Of a DNA stretch of 64,000 nucleotides, positions 24,431-38,589 are shown in pieces (position 1 is the stretch's first letter; each line of letters opens with the position of its first letter). A program made the translations under genes and the position numbers. Under the pieces are notes generated by a model. The model was not told where the DNA came from. It made no database searches and was given only the letters and a program-made list of their open reading frames with translations. The stretch covers positions 108,415,498-108,479,497 of the forward strand of contig NC_068982.1 in assembly GCF_001194135.2 (NCBI RefSeq). Reading direction: 5' to 3'. The DNA is from Octopus bimaculoides. Lineage: Eukaryota.

Positions 24431-26733
24431 CCTGATGCATTTAGTCTGATGGAAATACAGTTTAATATTATCAAATAACAATTTTGTATTAATATTCCAT
24501 TAAATAAATATCAAAAGGTTATTAACAAGCAAGTATTCATATTGTTTTCTGTTTTATATATAATTTGATTTTAACAGTCTTACATGAAACTAATGTTTGC
24601 AAATCTTTAAGATTTGTTATCTTAATCCTTATCATCTCCTTTTGTCCACATCTACTGTTGCCAATCACTTTCTACTTCAAGCCAAATTACCTTACTGCTT
24701 ACATCATGTTACTACTCCTTTCTTCCACTCAACTATCCAGGCTTTTCTGGTGTCATTACTCTAATCCCCACCTTAGGTACCTGCACAAATGTACACGCCC
24801 TAGTTTAATGTGTACTCTTGGTACATACTAGCTCTCCATACCCAATTCTGTCCTCGTGACTGGCATCTCCGCCACTATTTACCCTCTGTGGTCTACATGT
24901 CTGAACTCTGAATGATCTCTCCATTGTTTTGTGTACAAAACCCCACATACCTTTTACAAGTGTCAGCCAACAACTTGCACTCCCTCAAAGAGCAAAACAA
25001 TTTCTTGAGTGCTGGTACCACAAAACGCTTCCAGTATACCCTGAAAAGTTGTTTGCAAACTGAGTGGAGAATTCATAGAATTCTGAAGTCCCTTTATTCA
25101 ACCTCTCAAGTGTTCATGTCTCATAAAACACACCCAGTGCACTCTAAAGTAGTTGGGGATAGGAAAGGCACCCAGTCATAGAAACGAAATGACATGTATG
25201 AACATCATTTTATAGAAGCAGCAGCTCCCAAGAAGAGAGAGATGAGGTGACTCAGACCTGGTACTACCTGGCCAAGCCTTGCTGGTGTAAAAATAATGAC
25301 TATATATAATGAAGAGCCTCAAGGTAAACTTTGTATAGGTGCTAATAAGTGGGAAAAAAGACAGGTCCCCAGCACCATCAGCAAATAAATGGCCATGCAT
25401 GATAGCAGAAGAAGTGGAATTCTGTATGCTGTTCTCAGCATTAGCTATGGACACACAAGATTACAATTATTTCTGTTGTTCAACAAATTGTGAAAAAGAA
25501 TTGTATGGGTCCTTGATTTAGCTTTGAACTTATTCAGATTAAACAAACTACTTGTGTGATAATGGACAAAATATGTAGATCATGGTCCTTAAGTGTATGA
25601 CCATATAATAACTGCAAAGTATATGGAGAATAAAATTGGTACAGGTATAGCTCCTTGGCTAATACCAAGTTCTGTTCCAACAGAGCATTTTTTTTTTTTT
25701 TTTTTGAGTTAAATTATATCTCCATACTCCTGTATTGGTTGACAAACACATCAACAAACTTAGATGAACATCCACAACTTTTCCAAAGATACTCCATGGT
25801 GCATTTCTATCCCTAAGTCGAAGGCTTTCATTAGATCATTGGCATAAACTTTTTGTTTGATGACTGAGAATGAACCATAAGGTGATGAATTTGGGAAAAG
25901 ATGCTGATATTTCAGTGTTTTGGAGTTAGACAATATTCAACCAGGCTGGAATGGCATGGTTTTTGATGATGGAATAGTGTATTACCTAATACAGTTCAGA
26001 ACATAGCAGCAGCAGGCAAAGGCCACTATAAATGGTGTGTATACAGAGAAGACAGTCATATGACAGCATGAAGCAGTGTTTAGTTATTTTGTCACTCACA
26101 TTGATTGGCAACTCATCTCACCTATCAGTTAGGTTCTTCCCAATCACAAAACCAATGCTGCCCTCTTGTTTCCCATTTATTGGTTCATCAATCCAAATGA
26201 AACTCTAACCACAAACCATTTAATTAACTTACCTTACCCTAATCATCATGATTTAAAAAAGGGTAGTAATATTAGTTTCAAATTTTGGCACAAGGCCAGC
26301 AAGTTTGGGTAGAGGGTAAGTCAATTATATCAACCCCAGTGCTCAACTGGTACTTATTTTGTTGACCCCCAAAAAGAATGAAAGGCAAAGTCGACCTCAG
26401 CAAAATTTGACAAACACTGCCCACATGGCATAATGAACTAAAAACGTTTGTTATGCCATGTAGGCAGTGTCTGATGGTTGTGCTAGGACACCAGACATGT
26501 TAAAAACACTATTTTGGTATGCTCTCAACACATGGAACTAATAATAACACATGAATACACAAAGCATGTTTATTAAATAATATTTATCTCTTACCAGATG
26601 GAGTACTTTTTTTGTTGATCTGACCATCATGGAACAGTACACTGCACACACACACACATATATATATATATATCATCAGTAAATCATAAACCCGAAAGAG
26701 AAGCATACTCTAAGTTATAGAGCAGTGGAATAT

Positions 26734-27780
26734 TTATGGCTGGTTCGTAGGGTTACTCAGAGTTTTGCATCCATAAAGTGATTAGCTTTACACACATCTC
26801 ATCAGACCCTAATGGCCAGTAGCCTATAACCTCTCTTCAAATTGAAGGAAGAAAAAGTTTCATAGCTAGTTTTTGAATGAAGAAGAAAGGTCAAGCATAG
26901 GGGATCTCTCCCTTAGACCACTATCCAGAATCCACCCAGTCAGCTTGTGGGTCCCAGGATTTTAATAGGAATTACCTAAAGTGTAAACAATGTCTGAAGA
27001 CTTCCGTCCTGGAATTTAAGATATTCCCTGGGTTGAGGGAATTCTTTAATATCTTCGCCCATTCCACTATGCACAGTTTGCAACATCTGCTCCCATTGAT
27101 GTAGGGACGTGGTTTTCCTAGAATTTTCCATGTAATTACATGTGGAGTCCAGTTGTCCTTCAGGCACCACATGTGGCTGGCCAAGGATGTGGCGTAACAT
27201 CTTTTCAGGATCCTGAATGAGTATTTGAGGTTGAAGAGACACTGCTTGAAGGTGTTTTCCGGAACATCCAATGTATTTTCGAATGCTGCTATTGGTGTTG
27301 CTGTTTCTGTTGTTGTTATTGACACTGCTACTTCTGTTGTTGTTGGTGTTGGTGATGGCATCGTTAATGCTGGTGTAGGGTACATCATCAGTGGTGAAGT
27401 TGGTGTTGGTGTTGTTGTTGTCATTATTAGTGTCTCCATTGGTGTTGCTATAACCATCGTTGTTGCTGGAGCTGTTGTTGGCACTATAGTGGTTGTTATT
27501 GCTTTATTATTATTAGCATTATCATTAGCGATGGTGTTGCTGTTATTTCTGCTATAATTGCTGTCATTGCTATTATTAATAATAGCAATGGTGTTTCTGC
27601 TACTGCCATAGCTACTGGAGAAGTTGCTGCTGTTATTAGGGTCAGATACCACCTCAGCCTCATATACAAGTCCTTTGGTTTCGCACTGGTCTCCCACTGG
27701 GCATCTGCTGTAGTCCCTGCATGAGCATCCCAGCCCAATCATGCCCCAGGGGTGTTAACTAAAATACTCTTAATATTAGA
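26734..27780 (-). mobile_element. 5'-truncated Penelope-like element: GIY-YIG endonuclease C-terminus plus pLTR
   Basis: CSCR..RCP...C.TKGLVYEAEV, out-of-frame KYIGCS, ENTFKQ..N.KYSF, TSLASHMWCLK, ITWKIL, CKLC..E, ILNSRTE...CLH; pattern of PLE GIY-YIG domains. Confidence 0.82.
26748..26811 (-). ncRNA. Degenerate type I hammerhead ribozyme in PLE pLTR (left arm)
   Basis: TAGGGT-CTGATGA-G...C-AAAAC-TCTGA-GTA-ACCCTA: perfect 6-bp stem I, palindromic ACTCTGAGT stem III; CGAAAC decayed to CAAAAC. Confidence 0.7.
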
Positions 27781-27783
27781 GGG

Positions 27784-28188
27784 GGGCTCCACTTGTAATC
27801 ACATGGAAAATTCTAGAAAAACTAGGTCCCTACATCAATGGGAGTGAACATTGCAAGCTTTGCATAGCGGAACAGGCAAAAGTATTAAAGAACTCATTTG
27901 ACCCAGGGAACATTTTAAATTCCAGGACGGAAGTCTTCAGACCTTGTTTACATTTCAGGTGATTACTACTGAAATCCTGGGACCCACAAGCTGACTGAGC
28001 AGATTCTGGATAGTGGCCCAAAGGAGACAATCCCTTATGCTTGATCTTTCTTCTTTGTGTATTTGGAAACGAGCCATGAGGCCTTTTCTTCCCCCAATCT
28101 GAAGAGAGGTTATAGGCCACTGGCTATTAGGGTCTGACATGCACTTTATGGATGTGAAACCTTAAGTAACCCTATGAACCAGCTATAA
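27784..28188 (+). mobile_element. Inverted copy of the PLE 3' end/pLTR
   Basis: Reverse complement of ~26734-27150 with scattered substitutions and a ~17-nt deletion. Confidence 0.88.
28128..28174 (+). ncRNA. Degenerate type I hammerhead ribozyme in PLE pLTR (right arm)
   Basis: TAGGGT-CTGA-[deletion]-...TGAAAC-CTTAA-GTA-ACCCTA. Confidence 0.62.
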
Positions 28189-28194
28189 CTAACA

Positions 28195-28252
<58 letters not shown>

Positions 28253-29045
28253 NNNNNNNNNNNNNNNNNNNNNNNNNNNNNNNNNNNNNNNNNNNNNNNN
28301 NNNNNNNNNNNNNNNNNNNNNNNNNNNNNNNNNNNNNNNNNNNNNNNNNNNNNNNNNNNNNNNNNNNNNNNNNNNNNNNNNNNNNNNNNNNNNNNNNNNN
28401 NNNNNNNNNNNNNNNNNNNNNNNNNNNNNNNNNNNNNNNNNNNNNNNNNNNNNNNNNNNNNNNNNNNNNNNNNNNNNNNNNNNNNNNNNNNNNNNNNNNN
28501 NNNNNNNNNNNNNNNNNNNNNNNNNNNNNNNNNNNNNNNNNNNNNNNNNNNNNNNNNNNNNNNNNNNNNNNNNNNNNNNNNNNNNNNNNNNNNNNNNNNN
28601 NNNNNNNNNNNNNNNNNNNNNNNNNNNNNNNNNNNNNNNNNNNNNNNNNNNNNNNNNNNNNNNNNNNNNNNNNNNNNNNNNNNNNNNNNNNNNNNNNNNN
28701 NNNNNNNNNNNNNNNNNNNNNNNNNNNNNNNNNNNNNNNNNNNNNNNNNNNNNNNNNNNNNNNNNNNNNNNNNNNNNNNNNNNNNNNNNNNNNNNNNNNN
28801 NNNNNNNNNNNNNNNNNNNNNNNNNNNNNNNNNNNNNNNNNNNNNNNNNNNNNNNNNNNNNNNNNNNNNNNNNNNNNNNNNNNNNNNNNNNNNNNNNNNN
28901 NNNNNNNNNNNNNNNNNNNNNNNNNNNNNNNNNNNNNNNNNNNNNNNNNNNNNNNNNNNNNNNNNNNNNNNNNNNNNNNNNNNNNNNNNNNNNNNNNNNN
29001 NNNNNNNNNNNNNNNNNNNNNNNNNNNNNNNNNNNNNNNNNNNNN

Positions 29046-29082
<37 letters not shown>

Positions 29083-30601
29083 TACATATATACAACAGTA
29101 TATGGAACAAGTCTCCTGCTTGAGAATAATTTTGTCCTTTCTTCCCACCAATTTCAGATATCCTGAAAAGGTTCCACTCCCCTTTCTACCCAAGCTGTTA
29201 AAATATTTTTAAAAATGAGGAGAAAATATACATAGCTAAGCTCACTACAAATGCCCCCCAACTCACTGTAAATGACTCCACCCCTACTCACCACAAGTGA
29301 CTCATAACTTCTATAGATGCTAGGCCTCGTAAGCTCTGATAACTATTCACACTCACCACACATCTATAATATTGTTTAAACTTTATTCCAAAGCTCAAGT
29401 TTCCTCTTGAAGGCTAAAGTATACATAAAGTATAATGGTGAACCACATTAAATTATCAGACATTTTTCTAAGGCAGTACTGCTGATACATACACAAGCAT
29501 TGTAGATCATATTTCAAAGGCAAAGGCCAGCCAGCTGACTGATGGGTCTACATTCATTCACTTCACTGGTTTACTTTTTCTTCCCTTTGTCTCTTCCACT
29601 TCTACTATAATAGCTTATTCTCTTCTGCATTGATATGCTGCATACCCACTCCACCTAAGCCTATGTAAGACATTCTCTCATCAACTCATCATTCTTATTG
29701 TGTCTCCCTACCAAACATCATACAAGATACTTTGCTTCATCCATAACAGTAGAACTTAGAGAAATTGACATAAAACATCGATTTTGACCACCTATCTAAG
29801 AGGTCATGCAAAAGTCATGAGTACCAACACTAGCTAAATAGAAATAAATGAATGTGGAAAACTGTTAAAAAAGAAATAAAATAAGCAACAGTTCTTTATA
29901 AAATACTGATTGTTGCTACCAAATTAGTGTCTAAATGATCTGTAAAATTACTCTTCCTTCTAATTCTTGTCTATTTGTTCATTAAAACAAAATCTTTTAG
30001 GTAGTTTAGATAATTTAATACATTTAAATGTAAAGACATTTCTAACTCTAAATATCTTATTGTTCTCTGTGCTACATTGTGAATGTAAAATATGACATTG
30101 TAAGAAAGTCACTATAAAATCATTATTTTTCTATTTTTTAATGTGAATATTTGTACTTGATTATAATAAAATACAGCTGTCTGTTTTTCACTTCAACTCA
30201 TCTCCAATTGATTGGATTGATGAAGGAGTTAGGATTATTTGTGCTTATGTTTTAAATTGACTTCTTCAAAAATGTCCTCACAAAAGAGAATTCAAAATGT
30301 TTCTCTCCTTTTTCAAGCAATCACAACCAAGATGCATTTTACAACAGCATACCAGGAATTTCTGTCATCCATTAACTTTGGTTGATCTTTAATTTCATTG
30401 TCTTCTGTTGGGTGTGGAAGCCTTCAAAATATAACATCTGATATGGCCTGTTGTTCTGCACAAGAGGATGGCCGGCAAAGCCTTTGTAACTATTATATTC
30501 AACTGGTGGATGTTGCAGATTGAGATGAAGAAAATTAAAGAAGATGCTGAGTGTTGCATAGTTAATCATTTCTGGATGCATTAAAAGAAATTGATGCAAG
30601 A

Positions 30602-30641
<40 letters not shown>

Positions 30642-32954
30642 TAGGTAGGTATGTATGTAGGCAGGCAGGCAGGTAGGCAGGTGGGCAGGTGATTTTATTC
30701 AACTGTTATGAGTTTTTCAAAACTGCTATGAGTTGGAAGTAAATACAAATTTTAATCTTCTTTCATAGAGGATCTCTTGTAGAAGGCTAATACTAAGTGT
30801 GCATGAAGTTCACTCATAGTTAGTTACCAGTGTGGTGTGGTATGGTGTGGTGTGGGGGNNNNNNNNNNNNNNNNNNNNNNNNNNNNNNNNNNNNNNNNNN
30901 NNNNNNNNNNNNNNNNNNNNNNNNNNNNNNNNNNNNNNNNNNNNNNNNNNNNGGGGGGGGGGTGTATACGCATGCACATGTGTGTACATTGTGTATGTGT
31001 GTACATTGTGTATGTGTGTACATTGTGTATGTGTGTGTGTGTGAAAGCTAGGTCTTTGATTTCTACATAATAGCAGAAGTAAACTTGTCTGCAAGTGGCC
31101 AAAGAAAAGAGAATGATTTGTTCTATGGGTGTCTTGAATTTATCACTCTCCTAAAGTTGAACTAGGTCATTAGCAATGGAAGTGAATGAGAACAGGCTTA
31201 TCTAGACTGAGCTCTCATCTCACTGAAGATGGTGGTGAACTTTCAAATTCCAAGTACAAGTTGAACTTGTAAATTTCAAGTACAAAATTCTAAATACAAC
31301 AGAAACTAACATTAAGACTGAGGTTTCAGTTCTTGGTTACAAATTCAGTGTAGATCTCTAACTACCTTGTATTGAGCAACAGTTGTAGAGATGGTTGGAA
31401 TGTGATCATAAATCTCCTCTTTGGTCTTGTGTTCATACCACATGCTGTTTGGAACTCTCACAAGAAAAGAATGTCTATTAACATGAGAAATTCTAATGAT
31501 GTGCTGTTACTTCCCTATTGACACCAACTTATTAGTTACAATAAACAACTCAATAATATCTAAACCTTAAGCATTCAAACCAGTCATATCCAGCCAAAAT
31601 ATTCTACCTGTTTTATATTCAAACCAGCTGGATCCAGCCTCTTACACCTATCCTACAATATCATTCCTAAAGTAAAGAGTCACATCATGGAAATCTCACA
31701 GCTATGAGATAACACATGACTAATTCAAAACGATGTGAATAAATAAGTATTACAATTGACAGAGTAATCTGAGTACTAAATGTGTATAGTGCAGAAGTTA
31801 TTTTGACAATTGGCATTCCTGACTGCCCTTATGGAACACCTAATTTTAAGCTACAGGGTGTGGAGAGGAAATAATCAAAAGAAACAAATACATTTTGAGC
31901 TTTCTTTGTTGTATTTCCTGATTTGGTACAAAATTGATGTCACAGAGTTTTTCTTGTCCTCTAGCGAGGTGAGTGAAAATAGATAAGTGTGATCTTTTCT
32001 TTTACTACAACAAAAAGACATTTGTTCATCCATCCATATATAGGCTTGGAAGTTCTTATATTACAAAGGTGAAACTGCTCACATAAGTGATCATGTTTAT
32101 GTGAAGGAAGTTCAAACTCATTGATATCCTATTACAGGAAAAACATTATAAGCCGTGGATTGTTCTATATATCTTCTGTTTTTGACTCATATGTTCTCTG
32201 TCACTTCCACCACTTTTATCTGGATTTATACAATACACCATTCCTCTATACTCCATAAATCACTTCAGTTTTTTTTCAATTATTTCTATAAGAGAAGGAG
32301 GGGAGGGAGAACTAGTTGTTTGTTTGATAATTGTTTGATAATTTGATACAAATTTCTTTAATATTTGAAAAAATAAATTATTGATTTTTTTCATATCATT
32401 TTTAATTTATGAGAGCTAATGTATGGCTTTAGCACATATAATAGCCTGTGTTTTTATATAATTTTTTTTACCAGAATTGGTCAATTAGGTAATGATTTGT
32501 TCTCAGCATTGTGGGTGTGATTTTAATTAATTAAATTTTTTCAGTTTACAACATCAAGTACACTATCATTTCCTTTACTATTAAATTTTCATCATCATCA
32601 ACAGCATCATCATCATTATCATCACCATCACCACCACCACCAGCACCACCATCATCATCATATGTCCACTTTCTCCATGTTTGCATATGTCAGATGGAAT
32701 TCATTAAGGTAGATTTTCTATGGACAGATGCTCTACTTCTCACCAATCCATACTTGTTTTCCAGGCATGATAATATTCACTCCAGTCCTTTAAATATCAA
32801 CAGCATGATGACCATACATGTTTTCAAGGAAGATTGGCAATGAAAGATTCTGCTTCTATGATGGTGACATTCATTTACAAGTAGCACATGATGTGAAGAT
32901 AAGGAAACACAAATACATACACACAGATAAAAAGTCTCAAACACACATACACAT

Positions 32955-33075
32955 GTGTATGTACATGTGTGTGTGTGTATCTATCTGTGTATCAATCAGT
33001 CTATCTATCTATCTGTCTGTCTGTCTGTCCGTCTATCTATCTATCTGTCTGTCTGTCTGTCCGTCTATCTATCTG

Positions 33076-33154
<79 letters not shown>

Positions 33155-33169
33155 GTGTGTGTGTGTGTG

Positions 33170-33210
<41 letters not shown>

Positions 33211-33250
33211 AAGAGAGAGAGAGAGAGTGAGAGAGAAAGATATGTATATG

Positions 33251-33290
<40 letters not shown>
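32955..33290. repeat. Compound microsatellite (TG)/(TCTG)/(TCTA)/(TA)/(GA)/(CA)
   Basis: Direct reading. Confidence 0.95.
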
Positions 33291-33646
33291 ATAGGCTTCT
33301 TTTGGTTTCTGTCTACTAAATCTGCTCACAGATCTTTAATCAACCCAGCGTTATACCAGAAGTTATTTGCCCAGGGTGCTGTGCAACAGGATTGAATCCA
33401 AAATATGTTTGTAAAGCAAACTTCTTAACTGCACAGCCATACCTGCATGTAGACTATGACTATGATAATAAAATATCAGTAAGGTGTCCATTTGGTGGTA
33501 GATATTTGTATGTGATGTGTTTAAGACAGAATGAAATGTTACACACCATCAATAATCAAAAGCAGTGTATGGATACATTGTTAAGTCAAACAGAGATGAT
33601 TTGGAGAGTCAGATCTGTGACTGAACACTCTCAGATGATCTTGTAA

Positions 33647-34036
33647 CTCTTTTACTTGTTTCAGTCATTTGACTGCAGCCATGCTGGAGCACCGCCTTTA
33701 GTCGAGCAAATCGACCCCAGGACTTATTCTTTGTAAGCATAGTACTTATTCTATCGGTCTCTTTTGCCGCACTGCTAAGTTACGAGGACGTAAACACACC
33801 AGCATCGGTTGTCAAGCGATGTTGGGGGGACAAACACAGACACACAAACACACACATATATATGCATATATATACGATGGGCTTCTTTCAGTTTTCGTCT
33901 ACCAAATCCACTCACAAGGCTTTGGTCAACCCGAGACTATAGTAGAAGACACTTGCCCAAGGTGCCACGCAGTGGGACTGAACCCAGAACCATGTGGTTG
34001 GGAAGCAAACTAATTACCACACAGCCACTCCTGCAC
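33647..34036 (-). mobile_element. tRNA-derived SINE family A, full copy (partial copies near 22120-22365, 38080-38225, 48545-48790, 60822-61106)
   Basis: Minus-strand head with A box TGGCTGTGTGG and B box GGTTCAGTCCC, internal (TA/TG)n, tail TGAAACAAGTAAAAGAG; near-identical to 42871-43290. Confidence 0.85.
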
Positions 34037-37000
34037 CTATACTATTACCAATAGCTAGATAAAGTGAGATTATTTTAACATGACTATTTTGGAATCTGAC
34101 TCTCTTGTAATATCCATAAAGAGGAACGCTAATATAAACATTCTACAAATCAGAATTTTTTTTTTTTTTGCCTTCTTTTCATATTTCCATATATATGAAG
34201 CCTGACATTGTTTTAAAAAAATGAGCTGATGGCCTGCTGTGATGTCCATGTCTTCTTTAGAGATATTAGTAAGATAATGAAAGAGAAACAGTTATAACTA
34301 AGAATTAAAATGGATTTTCATACCCAACTTACAGAGTACTTACATTCTATTTACACATCTTTGTCATTATTTTAATGTCTATTCTTCCATTTGGCATGGT
34401 TGGATGGACAGTCATTTAACATTTAGCTACTCATTTTCATATTCTATTATCTTATATGCAAAAACCTAGTACCTAAGATCTCACCTCATCAGTTTTTCTC
34501 ATTTCTTTCTTAGCTTTCTTCTGCTAAGGATGCCCTGACTGGTACCACATGGCACTTTCATCCAGTGCTCATCTATTCATTCTTATTATATCCATGCTAT
34601 TGCAATTGCTTATTTTGCATTCATCAACCAATGTCATTAATGCCTAATCACTCTCTTAACTTACTTGTACTCTCTGTTTAATGTAGTTTAACATTGCACA
34701 CCTGATAGCTTATGCACATCACATTTCTCACCAGTATCTCTGTTCAATGTCTATGTCTTGCAATCTGCAATATCACATTTTTATGAATAAAAAAAAAGAA
34801 CAAAGGTTCTTCCTGAGTCATAGGCTCATAAAGCCAATTTCTTGTGGTGTATACATCATCCCCAGGATGAGATGCAGGTCTGTCACAGGATTACTCAATT
34901 TTGCCAGCTGAGTGGATTGGAGCAATGTGAAATGAAGTGTTTTGCTCAAGAACGCAATGCATTGCCCAATCCAGAAATCAAAACCAAAAATCAGGGGTGC
35001 ATCACCCTAACCACTAAGCCATGCACCAACACATTTTAATGTATACTTCTCACAATCTGCCTTTTGAATAGAAAAAGAACTGCTTCATTGCTAATATCTC
35101 CCTGTACTTCTTTCCTCTCTTCATTACAACTACATATAGCACTGAAACTATCAGCTACATGTGTAGGCTATCTCAACTGTATGCATACATTGTTTCCTAG
35201 TTTCCCCCACTGCAAACTAATCTTGCACATCCTTTATATTTGAAGACATGCTGGCCAGTCTTTTACACTGCACACAAGGGAAAATAGGAAAAGCAATGAT
35301 AATGATGATTGACTTTCTGGCAATATTCCATGCACAAACTTCTGGAAAACTGAAGTAAATTCATCTTAATAAAGGATATTCATTAAGATAATTAGCAAAA
35401 CAGTGCTTAGAATACTCCAAGAAATGATTTCATTGATTTGTTTAGATTACTAAGATGTTGGAAAACTGCTTTGTAATATGATGAAATGGTAAAAGTAAAA
35501 TAAATATTCATATAATACTTTTAAAAACCACATTAATATCATTTCAAGTCAATCACTTAAAACCATTCTAAAATGAAGGTGAGATTTATAATAGTAGTAG
35601 TTATAATGATAATAACTATTAAGTGCATAAACTATTTAATATAACAAATAAGAGGAGCTATGACTAGGAAAAGAAGAAAATAATCAATCAATAACACCAA
35701 ATATATCAACAAAATTGGTCTTATGTTTTATTTAAGAAAAAATCTGATAGAATTTCACTAATATACAAGGTAATGGTGTTAATCAGAATTGTGAAGCCCA
35801 TGATTAGAAGATTAGATACTTGTCAGTTTACAACTTTCTAAATACAAATTCTATCAAAGTTAGCATTACATTTTGCTTTTAAAGTCATATTGTTGTACTA
35901 GCATTGTATATTCAATCTTCAATGTATTTTCAGCCTTATTCATTGCCAAGAAGAATTAATAAAAGAAGTTAAAAGCTAAATGATGAATATAATAGAATAT
36001 TAGGTGCAAGACATCTTGGCTTTCTCTTTGAAGCCAATAAATATTAGCTACAAAAAGTACTGACACCCTGCAGTATCCAGATATACACTGCAGAGTAGTG
36101 TAGTTTAAAATGCCAAACTTCCTTTAACCAACAGAACATCCATACTTTGTTCTTATAAAAATAAAGTTACAATCCTTATCCTCTTATTATGCAGGGTTTT
36201 TATTCTACTTATTTTACTTCTAGATTTTATGCTCTAGAACTTGAAGACTATACTCAACTTTCATTTAAAACTATATTCACCTTACTATATTTTAAATTTT
36301 ATTTAGAGGTGTGGTCTTTAAAACTAATATGTTTTATGTCTAAATTGAAAGTGAGATGAATTACTATAGCCTTTCTACTATAGGCACAAGGCCTTTAAAT
36401 TTTGTGGGGAGGGATATGGTTGATTGCATGGACCCAGTACTCAATTGGTACTTAATTTATCAACCCCATGATGAAAAGTAAAGTTGACCTTGGTGGTGTT
36501 TGAATGCAAACATAAAGACAGACAAAATACCACTAAGCGTTTTGCCCAGTGTGCTAACAATTCTGCCAGCTCACTGCCTTAAGAGATGAATTAATGTATA
36601 AACAGTTGATAGTTATTACAGGATTGAGACAACCACTTCAGAAATAAGTTCTTGGTGTGCTGTGTCTATGATCTGGTTTCATTTCAGAATTGTTATCTTA
36701 CAACATTCATTTTTCTCTCTCATAAATGTTAGGTTTCCGATCTAGCATAAACGAGCAAGTCAATAAAGTGCTGGACTAAACGTTTTATATTTCATTCCAT
36801 ATCTCATAGTATGTAATTCAGATCCCACTAGTGTTTACTCTGTTCTTCATAGCTTGGCGATTGATAAAAATAAGCACCAGTAACATATTGGATTATTTAT
36901 ATCAAATGATTATTTCAATTTTTTAACAATAACTTTGTCATTTAGAAGAATAAAGAAATGTATATTACTTAACTAGAGGCACACTAAGCAGTACTGAATG

Positions 37001-38520
37001 AAATATTATTATAATTATGTGTAGTCAAATTTAACATGTCCGTGTACATTTGAACATGTTAAATATGCCTCTACATAACTATAATTTCACCAGGTGACAT
37101 GTTTCTGTGCTATATTCTTAGTGAACTGAAGAAACAAGATTTCATAAAACTATTCCCTAAATTTTGCCTTTTTTCATTTTTACTTTATTTATTGTGAAAT
37201 GCATGAACATCTTTTCCTCCTTTTCTGTAACTTAATATCTCTTAAGAAATTGTCTTCAATCAGGTGACAGTTACTTCCCTTGAACACTTTTGCTGCAGAA
37301 ACAAAATTAAATATAAAAAAGTGAAAATAAACAAAGAAGCTAAATATGAATCTGAGGACATAATTTCACCTGTTTCCAGAATAATCTTATTAAATCTAGA
37401 CTTAAATGAACTTGTTAGTTGGGTTCATTTCAACATCCAAGCAACATCCAAGAAATTGTCCTCAAAATAACTCGTTTTCTTCAGAAAGTTGATTCCCTTA
37501 GCAATAAAATAACTATTCTGACTATCTTAACTCAATCTTTTAATTAATTAATTAATTAATTAATTAATTTCTATTTAATCATCTTTTTTCCTTTCTTTTT
37601 TTTCCACAAATATTTTGAAATAAACTTGCCAAATTATTGTTAATAATAATCATTTCTTGATTATCCTAAATCTAAAAGAACAGATGAATTATATTGCATT
37701 TTAAAATAGAAAATATCTTTGAAAAGAGTATAAAATTTCACATTTGTAGATAATGTTCCTGTATTTCCAAAAAACAATATTACCAACAAGTAGAAACAGT
37801 TAAGAGCAGAATCAAAAACTAGGTCGTATTTAAAAATTTCTTCCCAAAAAAGGAAGTTAATTGTCTGGAAAATTATAAACCTATGGACTTACATCTTCAC
37901 TCACACATTAAGTATTAATATGGTTGTGAGGTGCAGGTGTGATGGTGTGGTTGAAAAGTTTGCTTCTTGACAGTGTTGTCTCTTCAGTCCTACCTTGAGC
38001 AAAGTGCCTTATACTATAGACCCAGGTTGACAAAAAACTGGTGAGTGGAATTCATAGAGAGGAACTAAAGGAAATCCATGAGATAAGAAGTTTACTTTTC
38101 AACCACATGGTTCTGGGTCCAGTCCCACTGCATGTCACTTTGAGCAAGTATCTTCTACTATAGCCTTGGCCTGACCAAAGCCTTATGAGTGTATTTGGTT
38201 GGCAGGAACTGAAAGAGGCCTATCACATATATATAGACATTCGAGCGAGGTCGTTGTCTGTGCCACTGGACTGGCTCCTGTGCAGGTGGCACGTAAAATA
38301 CACCATTTTGAGCGTGGCCATTGCCAGTACTGCCTGACTGGCATTCGTGCTAGTGGCACATAAAAGCACCCACTACACTCTCAGAGTGGTTGGTGTTAGG
38401 AAGGGCATCCAGCTGTAGAAACTCTGCCAAATCAGATTGGAGCCTGGTGTAGCCATCTGGTTTCACCAGTCCTCAGTCAAATCGTCCAACTCATGCTAGC
38501 ATGGAAAGCGGACGTTAAAC

Positions 38521-38589
<69 letters not shown>

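Noticed and set aside
28172-29193. Long ORFs of 290-334 aa, and similar ORFs at 16058-16414, 17523-17837, 19248-19676, 30810-31102, 56039-56671
   Set aside because: They run through N-gaps and microsatellites; artefacts.
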